Origin: Oikopleura dioica
Taxonomy: Eukaryota; Animalia; Chordata
Direction of reading: 5' to 3'
Assembly (NCBI GenBank): GCA_907165135.1
Contig: OU015566.1
Span: 11,036,001-11,100,000 of the forward strand
DNA length: 64,000 nt
The translations under genes were made by a program, and so were the position numbers. Numbering within the stretch: position 1 is the first letter of the stretch; every line of letters begins with the position of its first letter. Of this stretch, positions 26,201-35,200 are shown one piece after another. A model generated the notes under the pieces. The model was not told the DNA's origin. It was given only the letters and a program-made list of their open reading frames with translations, and did not search any database.

Positions 26201-29200
26201 ATCGCTTCCAATGTCAGTTTCATCATCATCTTCAAGCTGATCAAACTGGTCGACATTCTGTCGTTTTTGTTCTGGCTCATCAGTTTCGAATAATTTTCGT
26301 TTGACAGCTAAAAAACCAGTTCTGAAATCGCTTAAAAATAAATTTTACCTCTCGTTTTTTGTGGAGTTGTTGGATGGTAGGTTTCCTCATCATCTTCAAG
26401 CTGATCAACCTGGTCGACTTTCTGTCGTTTTTGTTTCGGCTCATCAGTTTCGAATAATTTTCGTTTGCCAGCTAAAAAACCAGTTCTGAAATTGCTTTAA
26501 AAATAAATTTTACCTCTCGTTTTTGGTGGAGTTGTTGGATAGTAGGTTTCATCATCAGAATCATCTTCGGAGGAGGATGCTGCGCTGGAATCGTCAATGT
26601 CAATTTCACCGTCAGAATTCTCAATCATCTCTTCAAGCCTTGACACAAGGGGCACGTCAAAGTCCAAATGGTCGAGAAGTCCACCTTAATATAGATAAGT
26701 TTTTGAAATGACTCAAGAATAACTTACGAACTCGTCGAAGATAGGTCTCTTTATCGACCTCCATTATGTATTGGTCTCTGATCGTGGGCCAAAGTGCTGC
26801 GAGAAGGAGTGTAAATTGGTTGGTAAGGTTGTAAGCTTGAGCAATGCCGTCGGGATTCGAGGGAAGATCGAACATCTTTTAATATCAAATTTTGATATCT
26901 GATGAAATTCCCTAATCTTATTCCGGTTTTATCGACGGGATCAGTGCGCTTACAACTTGCGCCGCACTCGTTCGCGTGCGCCGCCCCTTCCGCCGGAAGT
27001 AAACTTATCAAAATACAATCCTTCTTCCACGCACAAATGTTTTAATCCGGAGGAACAAACGAATTGACATTCAAATTTTGAAGTCAATTTTCATTTCAAA
27101 AACTTGCATGATCTCAATTATACCTTTAGAAACTGGTCCGATCCCAAAAATACCACTCAGAAATGAGCCCGATCCGAAAAATACCTCTCAGAACCGGCCC
27201 GATCCCAAAAATACCTAAGAAATGGGCCCGATCCGAAAAATACCTCTCAGAACCGGCCCGATCCCAAAAATACCTTCAGAAATCGACCCGATCCCAAAAA
27301 TACCTAAGAAATGGACCTGATCCGAAAAATACCTCTCAGAACCGGCCCGATCCCAAAAATACCTTCAGAAATCGACCCGATCCCAAAAATACCTAAGAAA
27401 TGGACCCGATCCGAAAAATACCTCTCAGAACCGGCCCGATCCCAAAAATACCTAAGAAATGGACCCGATCCGAAAAATACCTCTCAGAACCGGCCCGATC
27501 CCAAAAATACCTTCAGAAATCCGCCCGATCCAAAAAATACCTAAGAAATGGGCCCGATCCGAAAAATACCTCTCAGAACCGGCCCGATCCCAAAAATACC
27601 TTCAGAAATCCGCCCGATCCCAAAAAAATCGATGGTCTTTTCGGTCGGAAATCGGTCGGAAAATCTGAGAGTGTAAATTTGAGCTCGTTAGTCAAAATTG
27701 AAGACCAAAAAAGCTGAAATATCAATTTTTCTTTAATAGTTTTTATTCACACCGACACATAATGGAGCAGAAATTAGAAGTAAACGAAGCAGGTAAGACA
27801 GATTTGTTGACACCGACATGAAATGGAGTAGAAATTTTGAGTTAACGAAGAAGGAAAGACAGATTTATTTATGCGGAAGTTCCGGAGCGTGGCGGTGGAG
27901 CAACAACTTGATTGTCTCCGTCAATGTAAATCGTTCCTGTTTGCTCGGACTGCGTTATAACATCATCGTCAGGGGTCGTACCCAAGTTCCATCCAAGAAT
28001 TGATGTTGATTTGAAGACATTTTCTTGACCGCAAACGGGACAGTCATGAGATGGCTCTTTTTCAGGTTGAAACGGCGAAGCGTACCGGAAAATGTACGCT
28101 TTTGGCTCATTTCTAATCTGTTCAGACAGTGTCTGAAGAGCCTCGCGTTCGATCTCGACCAGAAGTTCCTTCTTAGTGTGGCGAAACTCGAGCAGATGAA
28201 GGAACTCAACCTCGAGTTCATGTTTAGCTCGAATAGGCAGACGGAGCTCAATCTCTTCTCCTGAGAATCCATCAGGGAAGAATTTATCTGCATTTGAGAT
28301 CACTGTTGCGTCAATGTAGAAAACTCCTCCTTTGTTAGCGGTGTGAAAATCAAAATCTTTAATTGTAACGATCATTTTTTGCGAATGAGAGAAGAATCAA
28401 TTTTGCTCCAGAAGTTCAAATGCACTGGCTTACCAGTGTTCTTTTTCTAGCCTTGTGACCGCCTTTACGCTTCCTATGCTTATAAACAAAAGATCCTGCT
28501 TCAAAGAACAACAAAAAGATTTATCACCTACATTTATTTTCACCGAAAAATATTTACAAGCAAAGCACCACAGTATGAAAGTAAAGAAAAGCAAGCGTCA
28601 CAGTTTATCTAAGAAAGAAAAGCAAAGCACCACAAGAAAAGACAGTTTCATTTGAAGATTCAATGATTATACTTTGTCACCTTCCATTCTTTCAGCTTGA
28701 ATATTGGTGATCCACAATTTGAACAATCCTCTGGAGAAGTCTGCTCGAGTTGCATCGGGAAGTTGTATTTAAACGTCCAGCAACCATAAATTGCTTCCGA
28801 TTTTTTTCCCTCGGAAGTGACCACTTTTTCAAGAAGAATTATTGGCACGGGCTTTTTTGAGTGGCGAAATTCCAAAAGCTGAAGGAATTCCGTCTCAACC
28901 TCTTGTTTTGTCGAGACTGTTATCCGAAGATCAAGCTCTGCTGCTGGGAATCCACCAGGAAAGTGAACGTCGATAAGCGGCATGCACATGGCATCAATGT
29001 AAAAAACTCCTCCACAACCTTTATGCTCAAAGTCGAAGGCTTCAATTTGAACCATATAATCAGCTGAGGAAACTTCGATACAACGAAACATTATTTTTTG
29101 ATGAGAATGAGATCAACTATAAATTCTTCTATGAGGTTCAAAAGCGCTGGATACTCGGTGCCTGCTTTGGATCACTGATTCTACTCGAGCGAAACTTTGC

Positions 29201-32200
29201 GTCTTCAATGTTTATAAATAAAGGAACCTGCTCGAAAGAACGACAAAGAAATAAAAAAAAAACACCAAAGTTTATTACTCGAGTAAAGAAGGAGAAAACG
29301 ATCAGAAAACGAAAAGATTAGATGGACATTGGTTGTTCGGAAGTCGCCTGAATTGGAGTTGACTGAATCGGAGTTGCAGGGTGGCTATTTTGGATTTGGG
29401 GGTTAGTTGGAATTGGATTGGATCCAATCCAATAAGGTTTGGATGGAATTTGGATGGCCAGGGTACCGGATTTTGTTGGGGAAAATTGGGCAATTGGGGG
29501 AAATTGGGGAATTGGATCCAATGAAAATACATCGCTAAACTATGCAAAGAAGGGTCATTTTCATGATAAAAATGAACAATTTCGGATAAAAAATCATTGT
29601 CTTGGCTATGTTGATCCTCTTTTCGGATAAAAACTTACTGTTTCGCTTCTTTTCAAAGTACTAAAAGCCTTGGAAAAATTGGAAATCCAATTGGATCTAA
29701 TTGGAATTGGGGATTTTTGGGGAATCGGGTAATAATTGGATTGGGTTGGATTTTGGATGGATAGTTCCGACTCAAAATTTATTGGATGGAAATTGGATGG
29801 CCAGACCCCAAAATTTTGTCCAAAATAGCCACCCTGGGAGTTGACTGGATTGGAGATGGCTGGATGGGAGATGGCTGAATTGGAGTTGACTGAATCGGAG
29901 TTGACTGGATCGGAGATGGCTGGATGGGAGATGGCTGCATCGGAGTTGGCTGGATTGGTGTTGGCTGGATTGGTGTTGGCTGGATTGGTGTTGGCTGGAT
30001 TGGTGTTGGCTGGATAGGTGTTGGCTGAATTGGAGTTGACTGCATTGGAGTTGACTGATTCGGAAGTCGACTAAATCGGAAAGTGTAGGAAGCGGGGATA
30101 TTGTGCTCTCTTTCCCAGTCGGATTGCTTTGACTCGGAAGTAAGGTTGACGGACGCAGGTTGATGAGATTCTGTGAAGGACAGAAGAGTAGCGAACGTTT
30201 CAGAAACTTCAGCGGCAGTCTTTTCAAACATTCTCAAGTTGATTTCTGTAGCAGGTTGAGTGTAGTCGAAATGAGTCTCAAAGCCTGGGATATAAGATCC
30301 CTTGACTTTGAAAAATCCGCCTCCGTTGTGTGATCGAAAAGTGAAAGATTTAATCGTGACAAACATCTTTTTGAGAATGACGAAAATGACAAAATCAAGT
30401 CCAGAAGTGCTAAAGCACTGGTTAGTCAGTGCATCTTTTATAACCAGTGATTATTTTATGTTTACCTTTACAATAAAGTTTTTTCGACTTGTTTATGTTC
30501 GTCGATCGTAAGTTTGACAGATACAATCGACCATATAACAATATGATAGTCATCGTCGTCATCAAGGGGTTTGTTGAAATCGAATGTGAAGGAGAGCCAT
30601 CCTTGTGATATTTCCTCGCCTTCAAATTCATGAGCAAAAATTGCATTGCTCTTGTACGCATCCATGGATGTCACATAAGACAAGTTGCTTTGAGAGATTC
30701 TTCCAAGAGCATTTTGAAATTTCCAATAAGGGAGAATTGGATACTGATTCGTGATTTTCTAGGAATATGATAAATTTTTTTATTCTTTTATGTTATCTTA
30801 CCTGAGGATAACCATGAAGCGACTGTCCATTTAATGTAACGTTTATTTGAGTAAGATCCTGATGAAAACTAAAATTTGTGGACTCAAACGCATCCGATCC
30901 AAACAAGGCATCTGTTTTGATGAGACCAAAGAACATGTACGCGGGAGTATTTCCACCAGTAACATTGAGCAGCTGTACTTGCTTACGTCCTTTGGGTAAA
31001 GCCATTGTTTTTATCATTGTGTCATTAAATTTGTAGGAGATCGGTTTCGATTTGATTCTCGCAAAATGATTTCTCAAGCTTGGAGAGGACACATATTCAA
31101 CCATTGCATAGGCATCTGTTATTTTGAGAGCTTCTCCAGCCGGCAACTTATTATTTGGGTCGCTTCCAATAAAAATTGTAGAGAACTCATGCTTTAAACG
31201 GTAGAGCGTCAGTGATAGATCAGTGTTGAGAGGAAGAGGTTTATTTTCAAGGAAGAATCCGTGAGTAGGTAAGAAGATGAGTTCGTAAACATAATTCCCA
31301 TCAGAGTTGACAAAGCAGCCTGGTCTCCTACCGTCTCTGATTTCTTCCTTAGCCGCATCAGTTGCAAGTGTCTCAAAATTGTACTCGTCGTAGTACCCCT
31401 CGATCTGGAAAGCAGTCATCACATATTGAGGATCATAGTTTGTCAGCTTTGTCAGATAATCAGCGAGCATATAATGTGCGCTAAGATTACAGTTAGCCTT
31501 ATTTATGAACAGAAACTCTTACTTTGAATTGGAGTTATCAATTATTTGAGAATTCACGGCAACTTCTGTTTTTCCAAATTGTTTGCTTGCGAATCCATTG
31601 CAGGGGATGTAGTTCTTGTCCAGTTCGATCGTAAAATGAATCGCAATGTTGTTTTTGACGAGAAAAAGATTTGGATCCGCATCGAAGTGGAAATGAAGAC
31701 GACCGGTCAAACTATCTACCTCTCTTGGATAGTGACGCTTGACGACTTTCTGGTCGTAATACTCAACTTCTATCATAATTTCAGTCTAAATGGATAAAAT
31801 TTGAAGATCGTTTTCACCAATTTTAATCACCAAATATGAGAGAGTTTATCAAAAAGAAGTTGATCGTTTTCAGAAAGATTTTTAGAAAAGATAGAGGAGA
31901 GTTTTTTCAGAGAATAAAGGGAGCGAAAGATAACATAAAAACAAACGTAGAAACCACAGTAAAATGACGCATCTGACTGAATTCTTTTATAAAAATATCT
32001 TTTTCGATCACCAAAAAAGTCGGTTAACTCTTTTGGATATTTTCCTAGTTTCAAACTATCAAAAATCTCGATTTTTGACTTTTCAATACGAAGTGCTATC
32101 CAGTGAGAACCTTTTGACTTTTCTGGTGAAAGATTAACAACTAGAAAAGCAGGATATTCATTAAGAGAAGGTAATGTATCAATAGAGAAAACACCAAGAA

Positions 32201-35200
32201 AATTTTCTACACGTTCTAAACGTTTAGCAATATAGTAAGAGTTCATGCTCTTTTCTTTTTGGACGACTTCTTTGACTTTTTCAAGTCTTTTGTTGTAAAA
32301 TTTCTTTTTTTCTTTGGTTTTGAGGAAGGTTTTTTTCTTGCTGGAGTGAGTTTGAGTTTGGTTGGAGCTTTTTTTGATTTTCTTTTTCCTGCGCCCGACT
32401 GAGATTTGGGAAACCATTTTTTTGGTCGACTTTCGAGCGCGGAAATAATGGTTTTCATTCTCTTGTTTTAATCTCGATCTGGAGAGAAAAGTGTTGGACA
32501 ACGTGTTCCTCGCCTAAGTCGATTGAGAATCTCGTATCCCGCCAGTTATATACGTTCAAGGGGAAGAAAAGGGAGCGTTGGTCGGAAAAATGGCACCACC
32601 TATCGTTTGGACGGAGTTGACCCATCATCAGCGTATTAGGTTGACCATAACAAGAAGCAATCGAGTTACATTCAATGAAACAAATGTCAACGTCACGTGG
32701 AGTGGTCATGAGATTACAGACAGCGCTTACAATTTGAACACAGTATTCTTCGTTGTTATCAAATAAAATTTCAGGAACTTCTAGTTCCTTGCTTCTTGTT
32801 CCGAAAAGATTCAATATCATTGGCGACTAGATTGAGTTCGAAATAATACTTTATTCGAGGTTGACGATTTCCTTCTTCGTCAGCAATTTTATACCAAACT
32901 ATACCAGCTCTTTGACGGATGTCTGTGATGATGTAAACTTCGTCTGACCAATTTTGAGTGTACCCTTTTTCGAAAAGTTCTTTTTTCTTTTTTACTCTCA
33001 CTACGTTGCCAACTTTTAGTCTGGGCTTGACTTTCAAGTCAATGTCGGGATAAAGTCGAGTGAAAACCTGTGCTCTATTTTTTGGTGAGACTTGGTTTGG
33101 AGCCATGCCAATGGAACGATGAGGAGTTGAATTATATCCTTTTGTTATTGCCGGGAGAACGTCAATCCATGTTTTTGTCTTCTTTGTTTTCATGAAAAGA
33201 TGAATACGTTTCCTGAAGGTTTGAATCGCACGTTCTGCTATCGCCGCCTTCATTTTACTTTTGATACTATAGTGATGCATCCCATAACGATCCAGAATTT
33301 TTCGCACATTTGAGTTGTAGAACTCCAGACCTTCATCTGTAATTAAAGAATTTGGCCACTCAAGAAAATCTTGAAATATGTCGTTGAGTGCGTTTGCTAC
33401 ATCCTTTCCAGATTTAGTTTTGAGAGGTCTTGTCCAAACATAACGTGAAAAACAGTCAATGATGAGAAGAATAAAAACGTGATGTCGATTAGAGTATTTG
33501 AGTTTTTGGTAATCAATAAGATCACCCTGGAATATTTTGAACTGAGTGTCGACTATAAATCGTCGACGAGGAAATCGCTTTTTGGAAATACGACGATGGG
33601 TACTCGACACTTTACTCTTCCTGAGAAATTCCGCTACTTTCGCTGAGAACGCTGGAGCGCTTGCCACGTTTTCGTAAAGGGCTTGAATCTGATCCTCCAG
33701 AGCTGACTTCTTCGGAGCTTGGACTTTCGGATGAGTTTGAATTTCTTCTTCGCTTCGATTTTTTTGATTTTTCGTCTGAGCTGACGTATTCGGTACTGGA
33801 TTCGCTTGAGGTTGAAGAGCGTTTTCGCTTATTCTTTTTTGATTTTGATTTCTCGTTCTCGGAACTGTCGTCTTCCGAAGACGCTTCGCTTGAGGTTGAC
33901 TGTCGTCTTCGCTTCTTTGTTTTCTTTTTTGATTTCTTGTCGACACTTGACTTCTTGCTCCGCTTTCTGGATCTTGACCTTTCAACCTCCGACTCTGACG
34001 AGTCTTCGGTAAAACTGTCGCATCTAATCTTTGATTTGACTCTGGTTGATTCAACTGTTTTGCACGGCGGGTTTTTCTTCGCATCTTTCTTTTCAACTGC
34101 CTCGAAAGTATTGTCTCTGTCGATTATATCGAAATTTTGCTTAAAATCGTTGTATGGTACGATGCAAGCCTTCATTCCGCTAACTGAGAAGACAACCGGA
34201 TAATCGGAGAATATATCCGTATACAGTCGATAGCTCGAGGCATGGCCTCGAGGTGATTGATCCAGAAACATGTACGGATACTGCTTATTCTTGTTCTCTT
34301 CCGTCGCTCTTTTGTAAGCTTTTAGAAGTCCAGCTTGACTACAAGCACGTTTGTTAACTGTTCCATCAAGACAGTTTCTACAGAGAAATGTCGCGTTACA
34401 GTTGAGCTTGATATTTCGTCCGAATTTTCCCTGGGCATAGTTATTTTGAGTCATTATCATCACGTTTAGATTTTTCTTTCCACTTGTAACTCGAAAAAGA
34501 TGATCAATTGCCTGACTTTGAATTGCTTCCTCGTACAAATCATCAAGTACAATTGTTGAGTGTGAGGGAATCTCGTCAATTTCTTCTTGAGAAGGCAGAC
34601 CAACCCTGTAACTAACAGGGATACCAAGATCATCCCATTGGACAGGCTTATCTTCAAGAAAACAAGGATAAAAGTAGACAACACGTTTTGTTTTCTTCTG
34701 AAAAATATCTCTGTGTTGTAAAACTTGCTTTGCTAGATAGGTCTTTCCAGCTCCTGATGATCCGCTTAAAAGAATTCTGTAAGGATAGGCAAACCGCATA
34801 TCTGGTAAAATTTCTCCATTTATTATCGTACTCATTTTCTCTTTTGCTTCAATTCTATTCCGCTCATCCTTTTTATTTATAAAATAAAGCGTTGGGTAGA
34901 AATTTAAAATAATCAAAAATGAAATTTTATTTGGATAATTTACGGATATACAACGGAACTAATTGATTACGAAAAAAATTAACATTGAACTTCCGGTAAT
35001 TATTTATCAACTGCACTTCCGGCCCGAAAATACGTGTTTCCGGTCCGGAAATACTTGTTTCCGGACCGGAAGTACTTGTTTACATTAAGTCCTCCATTAA
35101 TCTTTTGGGTTTTAATTACGACGTGCTTGTTTCTATTGATCAGAGATGGCGCTATTTCCTTGGCGCTAACCAATCAAAATTGATTTGAGAAATTAAAAAT

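Noticed and set aside
13826-27625. 29-30 bp arrays as CRISPR arrays, or as coding ORFs (13738-14123, 27163-27717)
   Set aside because: The units are contiguous with no unique spacers, no cas genes are present and the context is eukaryotic. The ORFs are stop-free by-products of the repeat.
33661-34203. 180-aa antisense ORF as a third overlapping gene
   Set aside because: It is antisense to purine-rich low-complexity dual-coding sequence where stops are depleted, and it shows no motif.
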